A stretch of 64,000 bases of DNA from Octopus sinensis (GCF_006345805.1 NC_043000.1:104098001-104162000); one strand, 5' to 3'; shown: positions 1 through 13,513, counted from the stretch's first letter. Program-made: numbers and translations. Notes: generated from the letters alone by a model not told the origin.

Positions 1-659
1 TGTAATGTGTATGGATGAGGAAAGCTACATGGAGAAGTGCTGATCTCTAATTGAGCAGAGAACCTGTGGAAGGGGTAGCCCCAGGAAGATATGAGATGAA
101 GTGGTGAGATATGATCTTTGGGAGGAGATGACAAATGATCGAGATAGCAGGTGATTTTCTGTGCTTGTAAAGATAACGTCAAGATAAGTGAAATTGTGGC
201 CATCCACACATACATGCATATCCTTTTCAGCCATGCCCCACCTCACACACATCTTCCTTCTTTGTCCTACTGGGGTAACCAAGTATCTCCTCTGCAGTAA
301 GACATCTATGATAGATGTCCCTCTATCATACTCTAACCTCTCACTTGGTGCTCTGACACCACCCACTTCCTTCAGTTCCACTCTCACTCTCAGCTAAGAG
401 GTCTTTGTTTTGCAAATTTACTTGGCAACACCACTGGTGCTGGTACTATGTAACAAGCACCTGTACCAGTGCCACGTAAAAAGCACCAGTATACTCTGTA
501 AAGTTGTTGGCATTTGGAAGGGCATCAAGCCACAGAAACAAAGCCAAAACAGATGACTGGAGCCTGGTGCAGCTTTCCAGCTTGCCAGCATCAGTCAAAC
601 TGTCCAACCCATGCCAGCATGGAAAACAGACGTTAAATGATGATGATGATGATGATGAT
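1..659 (+). mobile_element. RTE-type LINE 3' end (decayed ORF2 C-terminus, 3' UTR, (TGA)n tail)
   Basis: Positions 1-195 read MDEESYMEKC*...CGRGSPRKI*DEVV, resembling the RTE ORF2 C-terminal GRGRPRKTW motif. Ends ...CCCATGCCAGCATGGAAAACAGACGTTAAA(TGA)n. The same tail occurs inverted at 7490 and 11416. Confidence 0.7.
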
Positions 660-1178
660 TTAAAGTTGTTAAGTAACCGTACAGTGAAGGACTCAGTACC
701 AACATAGATTACAGTAGTTTATTTAGGCCAATCTAGTAGAATGTTACTCTGGAGTTTCCATGGAGTGCAGTCGCTTCTTCATAACTTACATGTGTGTGTG
801 TGCATGTGCGCGTGCGTGCGTGCGTCTACAATTCTTTCAGATATGAATTGGCCTTTAAGAAGAGATGAAAAACGAATATATATAGAGTGTGGTAGGGGCG
901 GTAGAGTCGCCACTGGACTGACAAAGCAAATGATGGTGATGGTGCTGTGGATAAAAGTGGCAATAGCTGAAGTAAATGTACTAGTTACTGCTAGTATACT
1001 TGCGACACCATCAGCAGTAACAACAAGCTAGCACAACGCATACAACACCCACTGCAACAAAAAACAACAGCAACCCATGATCGCAGGGATGGAGAAGCGT
1101 GGAGGATGGCAGATGCTATGCCAACTATTTGTTTAGTGTGATGCATGTGTGCGTGTGCATTATTGCTTAGAACCAAAT

Positions 1179-1216
<38 letters not shown>

Positions 1217-1232
1217 TAGTAGTAGTAGTAGT

Positions 1233-1280
<48 letters not shown>

Positions 1281-1281
1281 T
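1179..1281. repeat. (AGT)n microsatellite within a trinucleotide-rich low-complexity block (to about 1930)
   Basis: Seen directly. Confidence 0.95.
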
Positions 1282-1560
1282 CGGTGGTGATGATGTGTTT
1301 AGTCTTTGTAAAAGTAGTAAAAGCAGTTTTGGAGTGGTGTTTCCAGTAGTGGTGATGGTGGTGCTCCTTTAGTGGGTGGGTGAGAGGGGTCTATTTGTTT
1401 GTCTTTTTTTAAAGTAGTGACTGTAGCAGCAGTATTTGAGCAGTGTTTTTTTTTTCGTGATGGTGGTGGGGGTGGGGGAGGTTGTATTAGTAGTAGTTGA
1501 TGAAATTACTCTATAAAAGTACTACTATTGGCAACAGCTACTTGGAATGATGATTCTACT

Positions 1561-1593
<33 letters not shown>

Positions 1594-2689
1594 ATGGTGG
1601 TGGTACTGCTGCTAAATGTTGTTTTTTTATTAAAGATAAAAGTAGCTTGTAGTAGTAGCAGCAGCAGCAGTAGTTTCAGCATCAGCATCAATGTTTGTAT
1701 TAGCAGTAGATACAGTACAGCAATTTATGTTGGGATGGTGAGTGGTTATAGTTATGTTGATTGTGATTTATACTTCTTGATTACATTGCCTGGCCAGCTA
1801 TACACATGGGTGATGACGTCGACAATGGTGGTGGTGGTGGTGGTGGTGGAGGTGGCGTCAGTGGTGGTGGTTGTGGTGGTGGTGGTGGAGATGGAGATGG
1901 ATGTGGCAGCAGCGGTGGTGGTGGCATGGGTGGTTAAGATTGCTTTTGTATACCCCAATTCAGTCCTAAAGTATATATGGCTCCTCAGCATGGCTCCTTG
2001 GATGAAATGCATTCCGGCCACAACCATCAGGTCTTTTCATACATCCAGGATTAAATTTAAATAGTCCAGAGCATTGTTCTGAGTCCCCCACCTCCAAACA
2101 CTTTAAATCAGTAAGGTGCAATTCAACAGCTGTTATTTCTAGTGTATCAAATGACCATGAGGAGGCTCCCTCATAGATGGTGGCAGCAGTGGTTGTTTTC
2201 AAAAATGTTTTGGTTGAAGAGGCTGACAGGTTTTTATATTAGTTGGGTGCTCTTATTTTCCTTCTCCTTAGAGACAGTGTTTACTAACTTGTATATGGTA
2301 CTATACAGCAAGGGAGGTGAATAACCTTGTTAATTGTCACCTCCTCCTTATCTTTGTCCCCTAATCTACCCCTTCTTCTTTTTCACCCTATTTTACTCTC
2401 TTCCTTTCATTCCTCTTTCTGCCCCTCTCACACACTGCTTTTCATTCGCTTATTTGCTACTCACACTTCTAATACATTCCCACTTCCTAATTTACCACCT
2501 CTAGTACTCCTCATCTCTTTAAATGCTAAAAGACCTACAGACTATTGAGAGGAAACATTTCAGCAAGAATGATTTTTTTATCTGTGTAAAAAGGAGCAAG
2601 AAAGAGTATGCATGTATATATAATATATTTGTCATGTGTATGCAATATTTAGAATTAACACACACACATATATAAATGGACATGTGTGT

Positions 2690-3010
2690 GTGTGTGTTCT
2701 TTTACTTGCTTCCATCATTTGACTGTAGCCATGCTGGAGCACCGCCTTGAATGGTTTTAGCTGAACAAATCGACCCCAGGACTTATTTCTTTAAGCCTGG
2801 TACTTATTCTATCAGTCTCTTTTGCCAAACTGCTAAGTTACAAGGATGTAAACACACCAACACTGGTTGTCAAACAGTGATGGGGTGAGGGGACAAACGC
2901 AGACACAAAGACACACACATAGATATATACATATATACGGCAATTTCTTTCAGTTTTCATCTACCAAATCCACTTACAAGACTATAGTAGAAGACACTTG
3001 ACCAAGGTGT
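2690..3010 (-). mobile_element. tRNA-derived SINE family A, partial copy
   Basis: Reverse complement matches the middle and 3' part of the full copy at 46722-47120. Confidence 0.8.
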
Positions 3011-3806
3011 CATGCATATATATGAGCTGTGTGTGTGTGTGTATGTATTAGACACAGGAATGCTTGTGGAGTTAGTTAACTTCTCTTCAATCATGTGATT
3101 CCAGGTTCAATTTTACTGCATAGCAACTTGAGTAAGTGACTTCTATAAAATTAGATTGAACTGTATCCTATTAATTGAATTTGGTAGGTAAAAAACTGTG
3201 CAGAAGCCCACTGTATGTGTATATGTATGTGTGTGTGTATAGTTTGTTAATTTAGAAAATCTCTATATGAGATTAAAGCAGTAACTATACTGAGAAGTAA
3301 CATGGTGGCTGTTATTTTCTTTTTACATATATGTGCAGAACATACAGTACATAGTGATATATAGGGTAGTTTCTGTTTGAATGACTACCAGTTAGGGTGA
3401 GAAATAGCAAGATAAAACCTGAAGCTAGATTTGACCTTCTTAACAAGCCACCCCATCTCCCTCACTCTACTCACATTGTAAACTTTTTCATTGTATGCAT
3501 CTATTGTATTGCCAGGGCAGAACTTGGCAAGTATTTTGATTCTATTAGAAATGGGACTATCTTGACAAAATGACTTTATTCAGTAAACAAGTATCTGGTT
3601 ATGAGGTGAAATGAAACTATCATTCAACTCTTCCATCACCCCTACCTCTACTGTGTTTATTTCACCTCCTGTTACATACTTGTGCACATCTATCATCATT
3701 TATGTTTGTAAGACTTGTAATAGAGTAATCTCAACCCTACAATAAATAATCACACTCTACTTCTGTACTGAGTACTTTTCCTCTTTGTAGACTAAATGTA
3801 CCCATG

Positions 3807-3846
<40 letters not shown>

Positions 3847-3894
3847 ATATTATTTTACTCTTTTTCAGTCATTAGATTGTGGTCATGCTGAGGA

Positions 3895-3933
<39 letters not shown>

Positions 3934-3934
<1 letters not shown>

Positions 3935-4112
3935 ATTATAATAATTATATACATAATTATAATAAGGGATTGGTTGTAAGCCTTTCCACATGCTAGAAAT
4001 AGATGCCAAAAGATGCTAATACCACCTTAGTGTCTTTTGGCATCTGTTTCTAGCACGTGGAGAGGCTTATAGCCAATCTCTTGTTATAATTATGTGTATA
4101 ATTATTATGATA
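3934..4112 (+). other. 86-bp-arm hairpin with 7-nt loop
   Basis: Arms 3934-4019 and 4027-4112 pair without indels: 75 Watson-Crick, 10 G.U, 1 A.C on the + strand. Confidence 0.9.
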
Positions 4113-4869
4113 TTTGTAAAATTCACCTATAAGGTTTTTATTTCCATGCTGACCCTTTTATAAAATCATTAATGATTTTTCCCTTTTATTATAAATAATA
4201 TATATACATCTTATATATAAATGGCAATTTCTGTCTGTTACCATCTTAATGCCCAAACCAGGGAACCAATCTTCACCAAACTTCTTTGTACACATGTTGA
4301 ACTAATACCCACTTCAATTATAGGCTTATGGATTTCAATAAAAATCGATAATGGAGTTGGGCTATTACATGATAAGTTCAAGGAAATGTGGCAAAGTGAG
4401 GGTGGCTGATGTCAGGGAAGGGGAGAAGACAGGAAGAGATAGATGCACAGGGAGTGTGAGAGACAGACAGAGAGAACAACAGACAGGGACACTTCCATAT
4501 ATATAAAGGAGAGTTTGTGTGTGTATCTTCCTTATGCATTCAAAAAGTGAGTTGCCAATTTTGACTTATGGAGTATCAAAAGGTTCAGTAATCTTACGAC
4601 TATCAGATAAACTTTATTTTTATTACAAAGCAGTTGACATTTGAAAACTGAGTGGCCGATTTTGATGTATGGGATATCAAAAGATTCAGTAATCTTTCGC
4701 CTAACAAATAAACTTTATTTTTATTTACATATTTGTATTACAAAAATTTAACATGATAATCTTTCTCTAATTCAACTACTCTAAACAACATTTTATACCA
4801 CAATGACGGCGTCACATTTTCTATATGAGTGTGTACCTTAAAAGACATACATATATATAGATATATAGA

Positions 4870-5030
4870 TATATGTGGTGGGCTTCTTTCAGTTTCTGTT
4901 TACCAAATCCACTCACAAGGCTTTGGTCGAGGCTATAGTAGAAGACACTTGCACATGATGCCATGCAGTGGGACTGAACCCAGAACCATGTAGTTGGTAA
5001 GCAAGCTTCTTACCACACAGTCACTCCTAT
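4870..5030 (-). mobile_element. SINE family A, 5' half
   Basis: Reverse complement of the tRNA-like head and GGCAAGTGTCTTCTACTATAGCC core seen at 46722. Confidence 0.8.
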
Positions 5031-5133
5031 GTATATATATGTATGCATATGTATATATATATATATGTGTATGTATATATATATATGTGTGTGTGTGTAT
5101 GTATATATAAAAAAATTTTTCAGAATAAGATAA

Positions 5134-5530
5134 AAAAAACCAAGGCTGTAAAGATTTTAGAACATTTATAAATAGGTCTTACAGCTGTTTCCAGGATATT
5201 TTTTTTAGGTCACTTTAAATAGCACTGTGTACAAACTCTATACATGGAATTACCAATTTTAAATACTATTGGAATTTACTCACAATGTATTGGAATCTTA
5301 TATGTATACCATTCTGCCTAAATAATGGATCTACAACTGCAATATCCCTGCATATCTCACATCTATTTTCATTCCTCCACTTCACTCTCTATTTCATATC
5401 TTATCTAAATTAACTATTGCTTAACCATTTTCTCATACCGTCTCCAATGAAGGGATATAAAAAAATATCCTGGAAACAGCTGTAAGACCTATTTATAAAT
5501 GTTCTAAAATCTTCACAGCCTTGGTTTTTT
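5134..5530. mobile_element. Inverted-repeat element (about 72-bp arms) carrying a decayed hammerhead motif; probably Penelope-like pLTR derived
   Basis: Arms about 5134-5205 and 5459-5530 are near-perfect reverse complements. Hammerhead relic at 5440-5488. Confidence 0.65.
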
Positions 5531-5776
5531 ATATATACACATGTTGATATATGACCTATGTTGGACTCCTTATTGGCATTGTCACTTAACCTGGAACTTA
5601 ACTATGGTCTGTCTATAGCACTTACTCAGCATTACCTGACACCTTTGGGTTTTATTGACACCACTACCTCTCATAATCTCCAAGTATATATGTATCTATA
5701 TGTATATATATGTATGTATCTATTTATATATATATCATCATTTAACGTCCGCTTTAAATGATGATGATATATATAT

Positions 5777-5813
<37 letters not shown>

Positions 5814-6063
5814 CATCTGTGGGTGGATATGTGTTTATTTATATTTCTATGTATATTCCCTCTCTCTATCATATATGTATAGGTAAGATTTTTTGATTTG
5901 TATGAACTCTTAAACACTTTTCAACTATATATTATATAGCACACACAACATATATATATACATACATATATATATATATACACACATATATATATATATA
6001 CATATATACATATATATCACATATATATACTTACACATATATATATACATATAAATATATATA

Positions 6064-6656
6064 TATGGCGATTTTTTTTCCTCTGTCTTCCCTTCTCTGA
6101 TCTTTCCTCTATGTTCTGACGAAGAGCTCCACTCGAAACGTTAAACCTCCTTCTTTCTTAGCGTCCAATAATACTATATTTGTTCCACGTCTCACGTTGT
6201 TGTGTTTTTTTGTGTTTTCTTGTTTGGATTAACTATATATATTATAGATAGATAGATAGATACATACATACATATACATACATCTATACATGTATATATA
6301 TAATATATATATTATATATATGTATATATATATATATATTAGTAATATATATATATGTGTATATATATGTGTATATATATAGATATATATATATATATAT
6401 ATATAATATATAGATGAATGTATATGTATGTATGTATCTATCTATATATATATATATATCTATATATATATATATATATAGTTAATCCAAACAAGAAAAA
6501 AAAAAAAAAACACAACAACGCGAGGACGTGGAACAAATATAGTATTATTGGACGCTAAGGAAAGAAGGAGGGTTTAACGTTTCGAGTGGAGCTCTTCGTC
6601 AGAAACATAGAAGGAAAGATCCAGAGAAGGGAAGACAGAGGAAAAAAAATCGCCAT
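6064..6656. mobile_element. Inverted-repeat element (about 175-bp arms, TA-microsatellite spacer) with minimal hammerhead motifs; Penelope-like pLTR derivative
   Basis: Arms about 6064-6236 and 6478-6656 are reverse complements. Each has CTGACGA-A-GAG-ctcca-CTC-GAAACGT. Confidence 0.75.
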
Positions 6657-7489
6657 ATATATATATTTATATGTAAATATATATATGTGTAAGTATATAT
6701 ATATGTGTGTATATGTATATATATATATATGTGTGTATATATATATATGTATGTATATATATATGTGTGTGTGTGTATATATATATATAGTGAAAAGTGT
6801 TTAAGAGTTCATACAAATCAAAAAATCTTACCTATACATATATGATAGAGAGAGGGAATATACATAGAAATATAAATAAACACATATCCACCCACAGATG
6901 TGTTTGTGTTTGACTGCTCTTGTGGTCGTTGCTCTCAATTGTATGAAAATTTGCCAAGAAAATAAATAAATAAATAATAAAGATTAAATAGTAAAAGCTA
7001 AAACATAAAATAAAAGAGAGAAAAGAATCAAATTTGCTTGTTTAATATTTTCTCATCTGCAACTATTTTATATTTCTAGTGCTGAGCAATAAATAAATTT
7101 ACTGAATGTTTATTATACAAAGGGCTTCCTGATGTTCATTAATGAACTAATTTGCTGAGTAAATATAATTTTATAATTTTATTAAATTTGTATGTTAGCC
7201 ACCTTTTAACATCCTCTACTCCCAACTTCTGCCAATACAAGCTTATTAACATCTGGTCAGTTAGTCTTAATTGTTTACTTCTGTTCTAAAATCAGTTGGT
7301 GGAATATGATGACAGTTTGAGAGTATGATAATGATCTATGGTTTTGAATCATTAAGATGGTATGAAAGTATAGGGATTTTTATAAGAGCTTTTCACTAGT
7401 ATAATAATGTGGTGATGGTTTGGGTATGTGTTGATGGTATGAAGGGTATAAGAATGGTGTTGGAGTGTTTTAATTTTAGAATTCATCAT

Positions 7490-7930
7490 TATTATCATCA
7501 TCATTTAACGTTCGTTTTCCATGCTAGCATGGGTTGGACAGTTTGACCGGGGTCTGGGAAGCCAGGAGGCTGCACCAGTCTGATCTGGCAGTGTTTCTAC
7601 AGCTGGATGCCCTTCCTAATGCCAACCACTCCATGAGTGTAGTGGGTGCTTTTTATGTGCCATCGGCACAGGTGCCAGGAGAGGCTGGCAATGGCCATGA
7701 TCAGTTGGTGCTTTTTACATGCTACCAGCACGGAAGCCAGTCAAGGCGCATTGGCATCAGCCACGTTCAGATGGTGCTTTTTACGTGCCACTGGCACGGG
7801 CATCACAACTACAATTTCCATTTGATTTTTATTTTGATGTTGATGTACTTGAATCACTAGGTCTCCTCAAGCACAGCAGGTTGCTCTATGATCCAAGGTA
7901 AGCACAGCAGGCTTTCCTGCAATCCAAGGT
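7490..7930 (-). mobile_element. RTE-type LINE 3' UTR / tail element
   Basis: Reverse complement of the tail at about 420-659, preceded by (TCA)n. Confidence 0.75.
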
Positions 7931-8559
7931 ACTTTGGATGGGCTGGGGCTGCTGTGTGAAGCAGAGAATGCCATGTGATGTTTTTCTGGTTCTCTATGTT
8001 CTAAATTCAAATCCTTCCAAGATCGACTTTGCATTTCATCCTTCCAGGGTCAATAAAATAAGAAACCAATCATATATTAAGATCAATGTAATCAATTCCT
8101 TGCTCCCAAATTTTGGGCCTTGTGCTTATATTAGAAACAATTTCTCTTGTATTATTAATGCAGAGGTATCTGAATCCTTAGTGCATCATAGAAAATGCTT
8201 TGCAGCATTTATTCTGGCTTTGTGTTCTGAATTCAAAACCTACCAAGGAATTTAAATCCTACCTTTCATCCTGTGGGGGTTCATAAAATAAATACTAATC
8301 AAGTACTGGGGGAGATAATATTGACTAATCCCTTGCCCTCAAAATTACTAGCCTTGTACCTAACTTAAAAACAAACCATTAATGGTATAGATTGTATCAG
8401 AAAGTGTAATTTGTTAATATAGGGTGTATAAGTCAAGGATTACTAAGATTCTAGGATGCTTGCTTAATGATGAAAAGGACTTCAACCAACCATCATTTCT
8501 TTATATATATATATATATATAGGACTACATTATTCAACTATTGCTATAGAAGTTTTAGT

Positions 8560-9290
8560 TAGCAAGAAAAAAGACACAACTTTACTGTCATGTGGAAAGT
8601 GGCCATGCTTGGTGTGTAAAAATGGAGTAGGTAGGAATTCTATAAGGTGTATCCAATGTAAACTACTGGTACAAAAGAGGTGTAGTGAAATCAAAATCTG
8701 ACTGACAGAGAAGGTCTTTATATGTAGATGATGCACCAGAATGATTTGCAGGAAGCATACCCATGAAATGAATTCTTTTAAATGCATGGAAGGTTCTCTA
8801 GAAGTAGTTGGTAGCTTTTGTTAGCTATTAAATGAGCTGATGTTCGAGCTGCTCTTAGTTTTGCTTGAGTAAAGAGCAGATTGTACAGAGTTTGTGTACA
8901 AAGTGTGATAATACAATGGTAGTAAAACATGGGCATTAAATGCAGAATATATGTCAAGGCCAGAAAGAAATAAGGCATACATGCCCTACTTGATGTATTA
9001 TATAATGTTAGCATGATTGAATAACCAAGCACAAAGAGACTGCTAAAAAAAAAAAACAAGCTGAATATAAGAGGAATTGACAGTAGCTTGCAAGAAAGGT
9101 GACTGCACTGGTATGGACATGTGATGTATATGGAGGACAACAAATGGGTTTGAAGTAGTGCCAAAATAATTTAAGCGGAAGGAACCTGCAGAAGAGGAAA
9201 GTATGTATGACATAAGAGGAATTGGGTAAGACTGATCTTAAGAGGCTGAATATTTTGTAGGAAACAAGAAAGGACTGCCACAAGTAGTGA
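8560..9290 (+). mobile_element. Decayed LINE ORF2 fragment (Cys-rich knuckle plus RTE-like C-terminal region)
   Basis: Reads GKWPCLVCKNGVGRNSIRCIQCKLLVQKRCSEIK and GSLEVVGSFC*L, with stops and frameshifts. Confidence 0.7.
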
Positions 9291-9689
9291 GATATTGTTC
9301 TTAAGAAAACCTATCCAACCCTTGCAAACATGGAAACTTGAACATAAAATTATGATGATAATGGTGGTGGTAGAGGAGGTAGCTGCTGCTTAAGATGAAG
9401 ATGAAGAAGAGTAGTATTAACTATTCATATAAAAAATCATGTCTGTGATTATATAGTTTCTATCAGAGTCAAAGATGGTTAAGTTATCAACATAGTGAAA
9501 TACATACATATACATATACCCAGGCCTATTCCCCATTTTTTCTTCTTTTTTTGAGGGGGTAGCCACAGCAAGCCACACACTAGGCATTCCATTCATTTCC
9601 CAGCTCAAAGGGGCGAGCCCCATTCTATGCTCGGGTCAAAACATAGAACGCAACCCCCACTATCAGCAGTGGGACTCAACAGAATATGC

Positions 9690-10380
9690 TGGTTTATCCC
9701 CACTGCATCATTCTGGTTCCATATCCCTTTGAGCAACATCAAAATTCACTCATCCAACCATTCTTATCATTTATAAACTCTCTTGCCTCTCTCACTCCAA
9801 CTACTAAAGCTTTCCTCACTCCATCCATCCACACAAACTGCGGGTTTGCTTCTGATTCTGCTGCCTACCACTTCAACTTTCATCACCCTCCTTACCATCC
9901 ACTCCTCATCCATCCTCTCCATGTGGCCAAACCACTTCAACATTCATCTATCCAATTTGGTTGTTAGTTTTTCTTTCATTCCTGCTCGCCTTCACACCTC
10001 CTTATTCCTCATCCTGTCCATCTGTCACACCAACCATAGCCCTGAAACATCACATCTCAAACACATCTAGTCACTTCCTTTCTGCCTCTCTCAGCTCCCA
10101 TATCTCTGTGCCATATAACATTGTCAGCACAATCATGCCCTGATACACACCTCTTTTCGCTTTCATACTCAACCTTTTATCTCTCAGCATACCTTTCACA
10201 ACTCCAGTTATCTTATTCCCCTCTCTCGCTCTGTATCCCACTTCCTCAGCCAACCCCACCGTCCACTGTCACATGTGATCCTAGATACTTAAAAACTCAC
10301 ATCCTCTAACATCTCACCATTTATACTCACATCCATCGTACCAGCCATTTCATCTCTCAAACATCTCATCACCTTACTCT
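9690..10380 (-). mobile_element. Decayed RTE-type LINE ORF2 C-terminal fragment
   Basis: ORF 10071-10259(-) reads ...LSMKAKRGVYQGMIVLTMLYGTEIW..., matching the RTE 'LYG.E.W' region. Confidence 0.75.
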
Positions 10381-11415
10381 TAGCTACATTCACTTCCTGA
10401 CAGAATTGATGAGTTTGTGATTTTATTCCTAACTAAAAATTGTCTCCTTGACGTTAATTCTTAGTCCATTTGTTCATCTTACTAAAAATTGATAGCATGA
10501 AGTGGTACTGTAAGAACATTGTACATTTCTGAAACCCCAATGTCCATCCTTCATTCAACCAATATATTAACCACCTGCTAGTTTAATAGCTCCTGACGTT
10601 TCTTAAATATTCTCCATTAATTAAAGTCCTCTAGCACTTTCTGAAAATGAATTCCGTCAAAAACAAGCAGAATTTAATTTAATGATACAGCATATTTACT
10701 GCTGTATCACGAGTACTTAAAGCGTGATGAACATTGTATTCAGATAAAGTTGAACATTGTTTTATGTTCTCTGTGTGTGTGTGTGTGAGTGAGATTTTAA
10801 TGATTGTATGTACTATGTTTATAAATAGTGCAGAAATGTCAACCAGAAATAGTGCTGAAGTGTACTGATAGCACACTATAAATAAAACACTTTTGTTTTT
10901 ATCAACATCAAGACTTTGTTATTAATTTTAAAAAATATTAATTTTTTACAACTTTGTACCAAGCGATCAAAATGGAAGGAACCTAGAGAAGAGGAAAATC
11001 AGGGTAAAATCATGGTAAGAAATGGTGAAGGCTGATTTCATCTGAGATGACCTGTCAAACCAATGCAAGCATGGTTGAGAAAAAGAAACTTAAAATGATA
11101 ACAGTGACAGATATATTGTATTTGAAAAGTAGACAGGATGGTCATGGCTGGAATACTGTTGACCAAATGGTTGCTTGATTAGGACTGTCTTGTGCTAAAA
11201 ATAACAACAATTGTCTCAAGTGAAATATTTGTAATCTCTATAAATTTAAGTTATAAATGTCACTTGTAAACTCTTGTTCAAAGATTATATTCTTTAACAT
11301 AGCTTAAACAACAGTAGTGTATTTAAATTTTCTTTAACTCTGAAGACTTGAGGCTTTGCAGCACCTGTGTGTTATCCCATCATGGATTATTGCTTCTTTC
11401 TCTATCTTGTCTCAT

Positions 11416-11660
11416 CATCATCATCGTTTAACATCCGCTTTCCATGCTAGCATGGGTTGGACGATTTGACTGAGGGCTGGCGAACCAGATGGCAGCACCA
11501 GGCTCCAATCATGATCTGGCAGAGTTTCTACAGCTGGATGCCCTTCCTAACGCCAACCACTCCAAGAGTGTAGTGGGTGCTTTTATGTGCCACCAGCGCA
11601 GGGGCCAGTCAGGCGGTACTGGCAACGACCTCGCTTGAATGTTTTTACAAGTGCCAAACC
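11416..11660 (-). mobile_element. RTE-type LINE tail element
   Basis: Same family as 7490-7930. Confidence 0.75.
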
Positions 11661-11884
11661 AAATTATTCCATATCAAATTTTTGATGTATGTCAAATCAC
11701 AATATCCAATTAAAACTCTTCTATTTTCTCTATTACAGCCATTTTCTCCTTAAAACTATTACATCAATAGACATTTGTTCTTTAACTCAACCTGCAGTTT
11801 ACTCCCATCATATCTCTCTTGTATCTCTAAACTCTTATTTTAGCAATTTCTTCTTTCCTCACCTGCCCATCTCTTCTCACCAAA

Positions 11885-12190
11885 TCTAAGCTGGTGTTGC
11901 TGCTATACACAGACCTTGTAGATAGCATTCAGAGAAAAACTATTTAACTGATTAACAGACTCAAAAGGACTTCAACCTCTTGCCCACAGATGTGCTGCTC
12001 TTCTCTCTGCCTTTTCTACTGTTGCTGCTGTGGTCCCAGCTACTTATACTTAGCTGAAGTTGTGCCATCTCTATTCAGGCACTCCCAATTCACTCATCTC
12101 CTCTCCTATCATCATCTGAATTGTGTCCACTTTCCTAAGACCAACATTAACCACTATTACCAATCCATCATTCTACATTAATGGCATCAG
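11885..12190 (+). mobile_element. CR1/L2-clade LINE ORF2 C-terminal remnant
   Basis: Reads DSIQRKTI...LQPLAHRCAA / SSLCLFYCCCCG...LAEVVPS, resembling the 'LQPLSHRR.VASLSLFYRYY.G' motif of CR1/L2-type ORF2 ends. Confidence 0.6.
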
Positions 12191-13169
12191 TCTCATTTAT
12201 TTTAGAAAACCTGCAAAGTCCACAGGTAGATCTCATTCTTCAGATCAACCAATAAAAAGAAAAAAATCAGAATTAGCTTGCTGAAGTGATATTATCATAT
12301 TTAATGCAGGGAACATCAGAAAGGAAAATTAGAAATATATATATCATGAAGGGAAAATACAATATTAGTAATTGACCATTATTTTAAACTTTCAACCAGT
12401 ACAGAAGATAACTCTGATCATATTTCAGTCTAATGGGAGCTCATCAGTAATGCATAGACATCACCAACTTAGTTAACCTTAGCAAACACCTTCAGTTCAA
12501 AAAGGATGTATCAGATCATGAACTCTGCTGCACTTGCTTTAACTCCAACAAATCAAACTACCAGACTAAGCTGTGGCATATATTTATATAAATTAAAACA
12601 ATGTTATTGACAGTTATGGCTAGCCTTAATGGTATCACACATTGTAGCATTGTTACTTCATGTTTGACTGACAGGTTTCTTATTTCCATAATATTTTCTT
12701 TCATTTGTTTCTTCCTGTTTTATATTTTCATTCATTTATGGGGAAGGTATCAAGCCGTAAAATCTTTGTACACTAGTTACCACTCATTGAGCAAACTTAT
12801 TTCAGTTATGCAAATACAGATCACAAACTGAAATAATGATTTATAATAACAATAAAGACAATGAAATAGTTGATGATGATGATGATGAATGATAACCATC
12901 AAATATTCTAATCGTTATCTCAATTATCTTAATGAAGACTATATTTTGTTATTAACCATTAACCCAATTGTACTGCTTATTTAACAGACCAACCATATTT
13001 AATGCTCACTACATTACATTCTGATAATAGTGTTCAAGCCATTTCACTTCAATCAGTTATTCTAATTTTCGGAAGAAGTAAAAATGAAATTCTTCTGACA
13101 CCTAAGTGAAAGAAACTTTTATGTGTGTGTGTGTGTGTGTATTTATATACACGTGTGTGTGAGTATATA

Positions 13170-13218
<49 letters not shown>

Positions 13219-13476
13219 GTATATATATGTAATAATATAAATAATATATAAATACATGCATATATACATACATATATGTACATACCTACATATATATGTA
13301 TATATACATGCATATATGGATACAGGACATCAAAAAAACGTAGACACAATGAGAAATGAAAACATAAAAACGAACTTTTTTTCAAACAACGAAAAAGGAA
13401 ACAGAGAAACAAGACATGCCACATAAAGTGCATTCCCTTCATCAGTTGTCCCCTGTTTTAACTACTCCGTGTTATT

Positions 13477-13513
<37 letters not shown>

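Noticed and set aside
1500-2210. Thr-rich minus-strand and Val-rich plus-strand ORFs suggesting a mucin-like exon
   Set aside because: Produced by (GTA)n/(GGT)n microsatellites; frames are broken by stops and have no credible splice sites.
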